Position numbers and translations under genes: made by a program
Notes under the pieces: generated by a model
The model's input: the letters and a program-made list of their open reading frames with translations, nothing else
Databases searched by the model: none
What the model was told of the DNA's origin: nothing
In this document: positions 26,516 to 39,655 of the stretch, in pieces
Layout of the letters: every line of letters starts with the position of its first letter
How positions within the stretch are numbered: position 1 is the first letter of the stretch
Assembly: GCA_030248215.1 (NCBI GenBank)
Contig: JASANG010003345.1
Coordinates: forward strand, 186,001 to 250,000
Direction of reading: 5' to 3'
DNA from: Enoplolaimus lenunculus
Lineage: Eukaryota
Length of the DNA: 64,000 bases

Positions 26516-27052
26516 CACATGCGGTTCACCAATATGCATATGGGTCTTGCAAATATAAGCACCCAATATACAGGTTATCTATTGCACAAGCACGCTCACA
26601 TGGCATGTATATTGTACAATGCAAGCTTCGATTCCACTATAAATAGTTAGCTGTAGAGCAAAGACGGTCGGAAAGAGCGCTATTTGCACGAATAAAAGCG
26701 ATATCTCATAGTGTGAAAGTGTATATATTATAGATGGGCAACGGATATCCTGATATTACCATATGAAAAATATCCGGAGATGTATCCGAAAAGAAACGTG
26801 TATCCGGACATTCGGAATGTTATTGTGTAAATAATTTTTTGGAATAATTTCCATTGTTTCACCATTAAAGTTGTTGGAGGTGACGAAAACAAATTCTGCA
26901 TTCAAATTTGAGTTAAAATATATACAATATTTTTACAATTTCATGTTAACAGTTTTTTATAAATTGAATTTGACTACGTTTATATAAATTAGCTGGAACG
27001 TTGCCTAAAATGCGTTATGCCGGACATTTCAGTTTTTACTATATGAATAATG

Positions 27053-27479
27053 TAGGGATGTGCCGATACCACAATTTTTACCGATGCCGATTCTTATATT
27101 AAAATTTTGCCGATGCCGAACCGATGCCGCTGCCGATTCCAACTTTAGTACACCATGCTTAATAAGCGGATAGAATACTACATTACGTTATTATATGAAG
27201 GCTTAAACCCTAACCATCATAAACGATTATAATTTTATAAGAACGGTTAATTTCAATTAATTTTTTCAAACACAAACGCAAAAGAGATAACAATGTTTCT
27301 GAGTAGACACAGTATTGTGCGGCCAGAAATGAAATTGAAAGCATTCCAACTGACTGTTATGTGCAAAAAGTATCGGAAAAGAATCGGCAATTTTTTTGCA
27401 GTGCCGATGCCGATACACACGAAAAGTTGAAAATACCGATTATTACCGATGCCGATGCCAATTAATCGGCACATCCCTA
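27053..27479. mobile_element. hAT-type MITE (TAGGGATGTGCCGAT TIR; internal CCGATG repeats)
   Basis: 15-bp TIR; TSD gaataatg/gaataata (7/8). An inverted, deleted relative lies at about 15080-15250. Confidence 0.85.
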
Positions 27480-27750
27480 GAATAATACAAACCCAGATTG
27501 TAAAGAAATCCACTGAACGGGTCAATTTCAGTAAAAATACAGAAAATTTTACAATTAAATTTCAGTGTCGAAAGTCAAGTTAAAATATTACTACTAAAAC
27601 TCCATATTTTGAACTTTTGTAAGGGGCCCGACCCTTAACTGTGCGATTATTGAACTCGCTAATTCCAAACTTTACAGATTCAAAACTACCACAGTTGAAA
27701 AGTTAAAAATGTACCAAATCTTCTGCCACAACTGTATAATAAACTGAGCA

Positions 27751-28101
27751 ACTCTCTAAAACCTTATATAGCTTAACTAAACTTGAATATCAGATTAAGT
27801 AAAACTTAAATGGTTGGACGGACTAACGAAACTACAATTTTAAGTTTTACTTAAACCAGCGAGTTTTTAAGTTTAACACGAGTTTAAGTAAACTTATTTT
27901 TAGTTTAAGTAACAAGTGCAGCCCTGTTATTATGCGCGTCTAAGAGTTCGTTAACTTTAGCTTAAACTGAAAATATGTAAGATTTTAAATGAGTTTACGC
28001 TTAAAGGTACCTGTTAGTTTAGTTAATCTAAAATGTTAGTTTAATATATACGGCTGGATTAGCTTGAACTTAAATCAAGCTAGTTTACGCTTTTAGAGAG
28101 T
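27751..28101. mobile_element. AT-rich inverted-repeat element (ACTCTCTAAAA...TTTTAGAGAGT)
   Basis: 11-bp exact terminal inverted repeat extended by imperfect tagctt/aagcta arms; interior rich in ACTTAA/TTAAGT. Confidence 0.5.
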
Positions 28102-29927
28102 ACCGAAAAATTATTTTACAGCCCAATGTGATTTAAACGTTACAACTGGACCAGGATTCAACAGAACCCAAAAATACCAGAGCCAAAGCTGGAGTCGGAT
28201 AAGTGTATAAAAGCGAAATTTAATCACGCTAATTTAGTACAATTTGCTATAATATGTTGTAATTTTGTTTTTTGAGACCGCCTGAAGCACGTCTATATTA
28301 TTTTAGCAGTTTATGTATCGGGTGCAAATTTTACAATAGTTCCAATGCAGGAAATTCCAAATTTTAGAATATTTAAAGGTTATTTTGGATTTTAGGTTTG
28401 TATAAACCTTGTCTAAAATTTTGACGCCAGTAATTTGACAAAAACTTTGATTTTTCAAAAGTACTGTTGAAAAGTAGACCCCACCTGAATAATTTCCCAT
28501 GATCACCCCCCCTGTTTTCACAAACCTATTTTTATCCTTTATAGTGTATAAAACTGCTTCAACGCAATATACATATACATACTGTGGACCTACTCAAATA
28601 CAAGATGTATTATGCGCATCAATTAAATCAAAATCACATTTAGAAACGCATTTTACTTCGGGAGTTTATGGCCAAACGGATAAAGCGGTGGAATGGCGAG
28701 CCAGAGACCTTTTTAATAACTAATATTTCAATTGTTTGGCTGGGGCGTCGTTTTAGAACAAAGCCTAAGTTCGTAGTCAACCCAACATTCAAGAGCGGGC
28801 CCTAAGAATTTTTGCACCAGCATGAAACGATTTCGCATAACTTGCAAGCGTGGCTAAAACTTTTGTGGCAACAACGGAGTTAAATGTTTTTAGAATCAAG
28901 AGCTTGTTAGTCGTTTGTAAGCTACTGGACGAATTCAATCTTAAGGCTACAAAATGTCACACAAGCAGTTTATCTGGCACAGTCAATTTGCTTAAGAAGC
29001 ATATTTAACAAGTGCAGTCGACTTATGAACAATAAACTGTGTATAGCTTAAAAATGTACCGCAAAGCCTAAATGCTTAATTGCAGCGTATTAATTCTGAT
29101 TATTAATCGCAAATCCAAAACTTATCGTTTCAGCGTAAATTTTTTGTTTACAGAAACTCTCTTCCGGAATTTCGTTCAATGATAACTAAAGTGTTACAGC
29201 TGCGCCAAGTAGGTATGGTCTGGCAAACTTAAATCCTAATTCGCTGCCATTGCTTAATTGCTTTTGCGAATTGTGGAATTTCTAGTTAACTGTACATTTT
29301 GATGTTAAAATCTCGATAGATTTCGAGTAAAAGGATGAAATATTTTAAAGAATTCGCCCAGATGTTTATTTTTACCCCATCTACATTGCCGCTTTTAGAG
29401 GCTGCGTGTTACAAAAGGCGTAGCCATTATAAGTTGGCTTCTTGTATGCTTATTTTTGTCATTTCGAACAAAGTTCACTGCGAAATGATGTGATTTTGGT
29501 CTCTAATACAATGTACAGCTAGGCTGTACTTTTCAGCAATATGATCGGGTAATCTAGATTACCGGAGCCGGATGTTGATTTTTTGCCGGAGCCGGAGATC
29601 CGGTTAAACCCTACATTGGACAAGTTTTCCGTGATTTGACATAAATGATAAATGTTTTCGACGTTGTGCAATATAACCGAATGCATTAACTGAAGGACTA
29701 AACTGCTGTTTGAAGAATTTCTGTGAAAATCTTAAATTTCACTGGTGTCATGATTCCATCGAATACTAACAACAAAAATCCATCGTACAAGTTACTATAT
29801 TGAAACATACAAAATTATTAACACTGAAAATGTAGGAAAATCTAATTACGGCGTGTTAAAATATGCAAACAACTAAATTTTAATGAGTTTGTTGGACAGA
29901 TTTCTACAATTAATGCCCGTCGATTGG

Positions 29928-30091
29928 CAGGCTCGTAGCCAGCTCACCGTCATACGATGGGCTACACATTTTTCAAGAGGGGCATTTGAACGGTTTTCAA
30001 TGACTTACAAACAATGTTAAAAACTTTCTAGGGGGACCCAAAATTTTTTTAGGGAGGGCTGACCCCCCTGGTCATGTTGGCTACGAGCCCG
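29928..30091. mobile_element. hAT-type MITE, relative of 15350-15499
   Basis: TIR caggctcgtagcca...tggctacgagcccg; shares the internal ttttcaatgacttacaa...ttctag.gggg segment. Confidence 0.7.
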
Positions 30092-30469
30092 GAAGACTGT
30101 CCACTGGCAATGAACCGATTACTAATCATACGTTGAAATTAGAATTGCATGCAATCAAAATTTCATAAAACAAAGTTTTATCTTCTCAGTCAACGCTTAA
30201 GCATAAATTTAAACCAAATCCTTCGGCTAAACGGGCGCTGCCTAAATTATGCCAAATGAAAATTATAAAAGTACCGAAACGGCTGGCTATTCTCAGCGTT
30301 TGATACCAATCACTTCATCGCTACTATACACTAGTGTTGATGTACGTAAACCAGGAATGGTAACAACAAACCTGCAGCACGTGTGTGTATTCTACCATAA
30401 ACATAGAACGCAAATTCAAGCTGCGACTAACACAAAGATAGCATTCACAAACAGTATCTATAAGGCACT

Positions 30470-30693
30470 AAAGCATACTCGCTCACTGGCGGACCCGCAG
30501 TGGGTACACCCAGCCGTAGATCCCCCTGCAGGCATCAAAACTAAAAATTAGTCTTAGATTTAGTACCAAAATTGCGTTCGGAAAGCATACTCGCTCACTG
30601 GCGGACCCGCAGTGGGTACACCCAGCCGTAGATCCCCCTGCAGGCATCAAAACTAAAAATTAGTCTTAGATTTAGTACCAAAATTGCGTTCGG
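30470..30693. repeat. Exact 112-bp tandem duplication
   Basis: 30470-30581 is identical to 30582-30693 (aaagcatactcgctcactggcgg...aaattgcgttcgg). Confidence 0.93.
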
Positions 30694-31343
30694 TTTCTTG
30701 CTCGCAAGCCTTTTCACTATTACGAAACATACGCATGCTTTCTGAAACGTCTGCGAACGCACCATAGTATTCACAAACCATATTTACACATAGTGCAAGA
30801 ATAACTATCACATCATTGCACGATATATAAAGAAGGAAATGGGCATATGCAGCAGCATATTTTGTCTCTCTCTTGCAGGTTTTGGTTCGCAAATACATGC
30901 GTTTTAGAAATCACCCTATTTTGCTATTTATATAGATATATACGGCGCAGTAGTATTTAGAAAGCTTTGACATGGTTTTATTATGAACGAAACACAATAG
31001 AGCACAAATACATACTGCATCATGTATACATATATAACGCAGCTGCTAACATGTAATAGCTGAAGCATGGCTTTGCGTTCATTTGAAGCTATGAGCACAC
31101 GTTTCTGCGATGCGTCAAGTGTTGCGGCGTGAGCCGGACGAAGTAGAGGCGAGTGCGTACGCGAAAGTATCACTCGCTTGCTGTGCCAGCGAGTGAAGGA
31201 CAAGTAGTGCAAGCACTAAGTGCACTACTAAAATGTGGCAAATCACGAATGCATGGCAAAAGTGCAAAACGGATGCTATCAGTTATGCAAAATGTGCTGA
31301 GTTGCGCCCACAGCACGACAGCGATATCCAAGTACACGGCACG

Positions 31344-31545
31344 CTTACGGGTCGCGCTATGCCTTTGTTGACGTCCGGCGCTGTCCGTCACCCGTGTGGC
31401 GCCGTCCGTCACCATGCGTCACTTGTACGGCGCTGTCCGTTACAATGCGTCACTTGTACGGCGCTGTCCGTCACCGCCCGTCACATGTCCGGCAACCGTC
31501 CGATGCCGTCCGGCGCCGTCCGTCACCGTACGTCGCCATGCGGTT
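31344..31545. mobile_element. Truncated relative of the 38214-38439 MITE with tandem GGCGC.GTCCGTCAC units
   Basis: gcgctatgcctttgttgacgtccggcgctgtccgtcacccgt approximates the reverse complement of 38370-38432. Confidence 0.62.
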
Positions 31546-32929
31546 TAACAGTAATCTGTGAAGTGTTGCCAAGAAAAAGATTTTAAACACGCTTTTCGAA
31601 AAACCTCAGCAGGTAATAGTTCTCAAAATTGTTTCAAATTTACAAATAAAGTCAATGAGATGTAGAATTTTTACAAAATTATGAATTCACAATCGAAAAT
31701 GTCGGAGACTACAGGCATAATATCAGTCGGCAGCTGGAGTGAAAGCCTGACATTGATTTTTTGCCGGAAATGGAAGTAGCCTCCGGTTTTACGCTCACAT
31801 AGAATCTCAATTCTGGTGGGCATCGGATATTTTTTCATAATCGGATATGGGTCAGTTCCTGTCGTAAAATTATCCGGATACCACGATGTACGGTTTTTTG
31901 CTTTTAATAGATTTCGGAACCGACATTTCTGTTTTTAAGCATCTTTAGCTTTACAAGCCAAACAGAAATGATATAGAAGACGTATAAAATTTATGATTTT
32001 TGGGAATTAAGCCGAAAACAATTTGTTGGTATTGACAAAGTTTTTAAGATACTTAAAACTAAGAAACTAAGCGAATATATCTCGTTTAGCGCAAGATTAG
32101 AATGTATATTCTCAAATGAGCATAGCACCTATCACCAGTTAGCTGTAAGTTTTCGAACTAACGTACTCTTCTCAAAAGCGGATGATGCGGAAATCTAATG
32201 GTAAAAATATTTTGTATTTTTTAGTGTTAATTTCAGGGCACAACTGGTAGTCTGCATGACAAATTCATTAAAAAAATTTTCTCATTTTCTATTTTTTTAT
32301 AAAAGTTGAGTTGTTCAATGAGTTTGTAACATTAGGGGGCAACTTTCGAAGTATTAATACAAATATAAAAGAAGCTGTAAACACATTTTCGATAATACTT
32401 GCGTTAAAAGATGAAAAATGCCGGAACCAGAGGTCAACATATTTGTAGCAGACAGGGGTAAGGGAACACTGAAATATCTGTAAAAATTGATGTTGAATTC
32501 GATTAATTTTTACTATATTTTTTAGCACAAGTTCTTGAGTAATTTTTGCAATTAAAAGTTCAATTATTACCTCAAAATTTTGTTGGCGTTGGGTTCCGAT
32601 ATTTTCACATTCTATTGCAATCTAGTGTATTTGTACCCCAACTTTTATTAATTACTACCACAGTTTTAGAATATAAATTCGATAATTTCAAATAAAGAAT
32701 AAGCTGAAATTTTAGATCAGGGTCGTTGTCACTTTGGATTCAGTGAAACAACAAACAGTATTCAATCTTAACGGATACAAAACCTGGATTAAAGGCAGTG
32801 GCAGATGCAAACAATTTCTCAAGGAGAACGCGCAAGATATAATACAACCAGCGAGCGAAGCCAGCGCCGAACCCAAACGCAATTTTGTATCAATAATTTT
32901 TCAGGTAGGGAGGTCAATGATACTTTGAC

Positions 32930-33093
32930 GGACGTAACAGCAGTGAGCATATTTCTAAACCTAAAGCAAACGTTAAGACTGAACCTCAGCATAAGAATAA
33001 GCCTATATAGCTAAGATTAAGCCTAAGCAAAAAATAGTCTAAATGCTTAAGTTTGCTTTATTATATATAGGCCCGCGAAAAACGGTTCGCGCC
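32930..33093 (-). mobile_element. TTAGGC-bearing MITE, inverted copy
   Basis: aacagcagtgagcatatttctaaacctaa...gcctaagcaaaaaatagtctaa...cccgcgaaaaacggttc. Confidence 0.62.
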
Positions 33094-33538
33094 TCAAAGT
33101 AATACGGGCCGGTAGAGACCTTATATTTTGTGATAAAAAATTTCTGATGGGGTTGCAGGTGACTAAATAGGAACTCATCAACTTTGCCGGAGCTGAAGCC
33201 TGAAGGAAAAGCAAAATTTTACAAGAAAAACGATAAAAGATAATGAAGTTTCAAATTGTTACTCTATTCCAGTCACACAGAATAACCTTTCGCCCCTACG
33301 GATAGTAAAATAACGGAAAACGGATATTGAAGTACAAAAGTTTCAAACATGCGTTAGTTTTTTTCTGCCAACATAATAGAGTTGCGGAAACAGAAATTAG
33401 CGGGTGCATCGAAATTTTTAAGTATTTGGATCAATTTTGTATTTTTTATTTCAATTCGAATATAATTGCAACATATCTGTAAAGAAAAATTGCCAGATAT
33501 ATGATTTATGTCAAACTTTGGTCCATGTAAAGATTTAG

Positions 33539-33693
33539 GGGCGGACCGTTTTTCTGTGGGACTACAAGCGTAAGCTTAAGCTTGACTATTTTTTTGCCTT
33601 GGCTTAGGCTAGGAATATGCTATTTTTACGCCTAGGCTTAAGCTTAGGGTTAAGCTTAGGTATTAAGAATATGATTACAACACTGTTCCGCCC
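33539..33693 (+). mobile_element. TTAGGC-bearing MITE copy
   Basis: GGGCGGACCGTTTT...ACTGTTCCGCCC TIR; same internal layout as 14314-14469. Confidence 0.72.
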
Positions 33694-34507
33694 CTGTTCG
33701 TTACATTGGCTCAAACTTTGAAGATAAAAATAATTTCCTTTATTTCTGTAAGGGAAACAGACACCAATTTTTACCGGAAACGGATATCCGGTTACACCCT
33801 GCCGCTACGGACTATTAATATTGATTGCGACTCAAAATGGGAACCCGCTGTTACTTTCGTTCCACTCATATTCGAGAAGCTTAGGTTCAGCCTTGCAGTT
33901 GCGCTTAGTCAGCAAGCTATTATAAAAGTAGCAAGGGCCAAAATTTCCATACATTTTAGGCTGTTCACAACATTAACAAACCAAAACATATCAACTTCCA
34001 CAATACAGAAAACATCGCGCATTTTACTATACAGATATATAAATAGAAAATAAATAGTGCTCTGAACAGTTATACACGAGTTATCAACAGTTTGAACTAT
34101 CGGTGCAACAGAGTACAGTGCGAACACGTAACAACAGAACTACATTTTCGATAGTTCACAATGAGGCAGCACAAAAGCCAAACCACAGATGCAAAAATCT
34201 AACATTACAGAAAGAGATCTTACGGATAATCTTCGTCCCAGACGCCATGGGAGACAGATTGTGCATGAGCTGAATTTTGGGTCATCAATTGTACAAGAGC
34301 ACAAAACCTTCTCGAATTTGCCCACTTTGAAGTTTTGAACTTTTAATTTCATACGCGGTTGGCTTGGCATAGGATTTGTTTCGGCATTAGCATTTCCAAA
34401 CAAAAGTAGACTTATCGTGAAATCGCTGGACTTAAAAGCTTGGCATAGCGACAGAACGTACATAACGTTCTAAATTTAATACGAGTTTCGGCCCATGTAT
34501 AGAACAG

Positions 34508-34648
34508 GGTCGGAACGTTTTGCGGCGGGACTGTAATGGAGTAAGCTTAAGCTTTACACTAATTTTTTTGCTAAGGCTTACGTACAGGCTTATGCTTATG
34601 CTTTCGCTTAGGATTAAACTAAGCAATATGTATACTACTGTTCCGGCC
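34508..34648 (+). mobile_element. TTAGGC-bearing MITE copy
   Basis: GGTCGGAACGTTTTGCGGCGGGACTGTAAT...ATACTACTGTTCCGGCC. Confidence 0.72.
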
Positions 34649-36760
34649 TTGTTCTATATATTTTCCCGAGTTTCATATAGACACATATACAAAAACTCCA
34701 TTACATTCAACAAAGACTATATAATATGAACACTTACTAAACAAGGTCATTCTTTCACCGACAATCTCTAGAATCGCATTCTCAAATATACATAGCATGT
34801 ATTGCCAGTTATTGATTCACGAAAATAATTCTAATTACGGCATGAGATACCGTGGCGAAATCAGCACTCAAAAACGAACGATTTTTGTGAAATTGTTTCA
34901 GTTCAATTGAGCATTATACATATACATACATATATATACCACGTGTGACGCAATATATAATGAGTGCAATACTAAATAGTCATACACATATACTAACATC
35001 ACAAATTATTCTTGGACTATCGAAAAATCAGCCTTCCAAAAGAAACAAACATTAAATCTGAACGGTTCTGCTCAGGTCCATATAGCCGTATGGTGGAGCA
35101 TAAACATTAAGTTGATATTTGACTAAAATACACCTAATCGCACTAGTATAGCAATATGTGCTATAATTTATTACCAGCTTTAATAATATCGTTAACACTG
35201 TTCACATGAGGTATTCATTACTAGCGTTGTTAGTAACACTTCTTTCACCTCGAATCGAAACCGCTGCAATGCTAATCATACAAGTTGTGTTAACTTTTTT
35301 AGAATACAGGAGCCGGTTGTCGCGTTTTATAAGACCGAGACATCCGTTCGCAACCTGGTTTACGAGATGCTCAAAATTTAGCTTGAGCCAAAATAGCTTA
35401 GAAAAAATTGTTTGAAATTTTAAATGGCCCAATTTTGATTGAAACTAGCCTGTGTGTTGCAAAACTTACACCGTTAACAGTTTTCACGAAAAACAATGCA
35501 TGTTATTCGAATACACTTTTATTTTTAAATGACTAAATTACGTATAGCAGGCGTTCCAATTTTGCAATACGTAAATAAATTTTATAAACTTTGATACAAA
35601 TGTATTACAGACGTCAATATAAAACCAAAAAATTGCACACAAAAGAAACACAATATTAATAAATTAAACTACATCAACGTGTTACCGTACGACCAGGTTC
35701 CAACGGAATTTCAACAAAGAACGAAATTTGAATTCCGGTCCTATTCCATTAACAATACAGAATTTCGATCCTGATTAAATTTTATTCCGGTTGGAACCTT
35801 ATAACGTGATACTGAAATGCTGATAAATACAAATTGATTAAAAACCATTGGATGGAGTACCTTTCTCGCTTGTCCACCGCTTAGTGAAAACAATACTAAA
35901 CTTATACAAAATCTTAATATTAAACCTAAGCTACGCAATGAGAAAGTCAGTAACTGTACTATAAACAGAACTTTTTTAGTAAGGAATCAAAGCCAAATTT
36001 TTTCACGTATTTAATTTTCAAACTAAAAATTGTAGTTTAAATCCGACCATCGCAGAAAAGTGTTTACTTGAATCTACAAAAAACCTCTACCCATAGACTG
36101 CTCATATTTTACAACGATACCTCAATGCCTTACCCAGACAATTTTTACAGATAAACGGGTCCGGCACCAAAAACTACTGAAATAATGGTTTACGACTGAG
36201 GGAGGAAATCGCGGCTCCTCGGCCACTTGATAAGCTTCTGTGTACACATGGACTGCAAGATATCAAAAGAATACGCTGACGCTGGCCAATACCTTCACAG
36301 GTATGTATACACAAAATGGTTCCGGGAGGCGATCTTGCGCATGAATATCAACAACGATTCTGACGCGGCTTTACTCAATCAGACATGAATTGTTACGTAA
36401 CGTATACCTATAGCTAGCGGGATAATTTATGAATATAAGTACAGTACGACAAACAGCGACAGACACCAACACCATACAGCGAAGGGTACATACATACTAA
36501 CAACCAATTGAACAAACAACAATCAAACAAACAAACCAGCAAACAAACAAACCAACCAACAAACATAAACATACCAACATATATCGCTATTAAATGTGAC
36601 CGGAACTGAACAGCGCAATGCCGTGGGAGACACCATAGAAATCTTTATATTTCTGACTTACATGTCAGTCAAAATCCTGGACACAACGCAGATAAAACAC
36701 TTATATGCAATCCGTTACAGAGCAGGTACAGCGCCACCCTACATCAATCTTTTTGGTTAT

Positions 36761-37011
36761 GCCCCAGCCGGGTTTTTGCCCCAAATGGTTGGATTTTGAA
36801 AATAGTTGTATATTTGAACTTCACATTACCCCTCCTCCCATGGCATTCCACACCCAAATTTGAATTTTTATAAAAAAATCTGTTTTCTAAGGTTCCACGG
36901 ACATCCGTGCAACCAAAAAAATTGTGTTTAAATAGTTAAATAACTTATATAGTATCAAATATGAACAAATTTTCAAAATGAAACCATTTTTAGGCAAACA
37001 CCGACTGAGGA
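36761..37011. mobile_element. Dispersed repeat with TIR-like ends (TTTGCCC.AAATGGTT...AACCATTTTTAGGCAAA)
   Basis: Related fragments at about 8248-8330, 19250-19290 (inverted), 55735-55810 (inverted) and 61002-61180. Confidence 0.5.
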
Positions 37012-38213
37012 ATAATTGAAAAATAAACCCCCTCCCCCATTAAATTGCCAGGGTATACGAGAGTTCTGTAGCCTCCTTGTCGCACACCCCAACAAACAAT
37101 TTTTGCCACAATTCATATCTGAAGCATACTCAAACTGGTTCTTTCAACCCTCCAATGCCAAAGCCCAGGAATCACCTCTCCATACCGTATATACAGTACC
37201 AGAACCGCCACTCCACGGTGACATTCCAATGGTTTATCACTTGGACGCAACACCGACTCATATACGAACCCTTTTGATTTGGCTGGCTCAACGCAACGCT
37301 AAACATACGTACAATTCGCGCGCGTTTAATGCCGACTGGCTCGCAGACAATTTATTACTATCAAGCATACATTTCACTATCTAATTTATATGTTAGATAT
37401 ATAAATCGAAAATACATAGTGTCTTTTGATTTTGATACAGAAATTATAAAGACGCAGGTGCTATACATGTTACTACAGTTAACTGTTGTTAGAATATCGA
37501 CCGAAACTATTGTGTGCGAGCGGCGTCTACACGAACACAAACACGATTTCGAACAAGGGAACGCTCTAGACGTTGCATAATTTCGCCGATGGGTCGTCGG
37601 CTACGTCAATGAGCCCAAATAAGCATTCGCTAGAGACAAGCTTTAAAAGCCATTTAAATTGCGAGATTTAAACAAGGCAGACCCTTCACAAACGGGGGGT
37701 AACAAAAACGCAACAGCCTGTGTGGCACAGCCGATGCACGCGGCACGCCCCCAAACAAATGCATGCATTGCCGTCATATACGTAGACCTCCAAAACGAGG
37801 CAGGCGGGTAGGGTCAAAACGCAAACACGAATTTGTTCGTTTTAATCCATGTCCATACGTCATTAGTTGCTCACTATTGTCCTAAGAATAATCATCAACT
37901 CCATTCTATTACCTATAAATAACATGGTTACTTCTCTTCACGACATCTACAGATTACGTACGTACGGTTTCACCGGATTTCCTACAAAAATTAAGTTCGG
38001 GTGGTTCCTGTTCCTGATCTGGCATTCAAAAACGCACCACCTACATGTACCTGAATAGTTTTCTGCCGACCGGCCGGAAAAGTTAACCCCAAGGTAGCTT
38101 ATTTTCGGCACTTGTGCTTTCCACCCACCAAATTCCACGTATTTTAACCTACCGGGTGACTGTTTTAAACAGCATGTATCAAACTAGTTTTATCAAAACG
38201 CAACTCAGTTGAC

Positions 38214-38439
38214 TTAGGGTTGCGCTATACCGGACGTCTGGCGCCGTTCGTCACCCGTACGGCACCGTCCGTCACAAGTATGGCGCCGTTCGTCACCGTT
38301 CGTACCATACGTTATCGTACGTGAGTTATTTGCGTACGATACCGCACGGCGTCGTACAGGTGGTGCACAGACGGCGCCGTACGGGTGACGGACGACGCTT
38401 ACGGCGCCGCACGTCAACAAAAGTATTGCGCAACCCTAA
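38214..38439. mobile_element. GC-rich MITE (TTAGGGTTGCGC.ATAC TIR; GGCGCCGT.CGTCAC repeats)
   Basis: ttagggttgcgctatac...gtattgcgcaaccctaa; related truncated copy at about 31344-31545. Confidence 0.8.
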
Positions 38440-39655
38440 GTATTTCATTTTGCGTTATAGTCAATTAGCAGTAAATAGAGATGAAAATAGCATCTAAACA
38501 AAATTCCTGTTCCTGTTGCTGCTTCATGTAAGATGTGGTTCCTGTTGAAACCCTGCTGTACATTCATAAAACATGACAGACAACATTAAACATCGATTGT
38601 ACTTTGTAGGTGAGACGTATATAATGACAATACGTCGGTACTGAAGTCTTAGCTATGGCACGCCATCCGGTACGTTTTAGAATCTTGTTCAACGCAAACA
38701 TACTGTCAATAGCAAAGATTGCCTTGCCGTCTGTAGTTCAACTTTTTTCAAAATTTGTTCACCAACGATAGCCTGTTGCTGGAGACAAGTTACACAGCTT
38801 TCGGCGATGATGCATTTCCACCACATTTGTGCTCTACGGTTTCGGCTTATGACAAGTCGTACACCGATGCCTAACCCTACGCCTTCGTTTGCCCATGTAT
38901 AAGTCTAAACCTTAACTTTGAATGTGGTAAATTGAAAGTGCACAAAAGCAGCTAAGTTATCAAATTAATGAAGAATGATTATTTTTGAAATTGAACACAT
39001 TTCTACGTTTAATGTTACGCGCTACGCGTGTTCGAACTTTGACACGCTGGCACGGCTTTCAGGTGGCGACCGGCGTGAACCTAATTCACGTTTACCGGAT
39101 TATAAGCTTAAAATTTGTCACATATAAACGCATGAATAACTGTATATACATATGCAATGTAGCATACAATTTGTGAAATACATTTCATCCATATCACCGT
39201 ATCCATATAATCCGGACTTACACTCTTACAACACAGAAAATATTAGCTAAATTTCGACCTTAACAGCTTAATATAGTCCGCGAGCTATATACAAGGTGTC
39301 AGCGGCTTCGCCACGTTTAAATTTACGCATTTTCAATCATCGTTTCTGTATTTTGTTCAGAAAATATACACTGCGCACAAAAGCATTGCTTGAAAATTAT
39401 TGCCATTCATTGCATACCACAAAACACGATTGCATTTGCAAACAATATACCATCGGTACCAACTCACCCACGGCGGGGTCAAAAATTTTCTATCGGGAGT
39501 GGGCACATGACCTCCGCACTACTCTTTTTGACAACAGTCTCCATAGACGCGCAAAACTGTAGACGACAACTTAAAATACACAGTACAACATTAATCATTA
39601 AAAATTCCAAAACAACGCTCACCACGAAAAAAAGAACTTTTTAAAGTCATTCTTG

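Noticed and set aside
25908..26650. Six overlapping His/Cys-rich ORFs
   Set aside because: They are produced by a stop-free 20-bp minisatellite; no gene structure supports them.
14500..39600. Short ORFs (60-135 aa) across the intergenic region
   Set aside because: AT-rich, no domain signal or consistent exon chain; many overlap MITEs.
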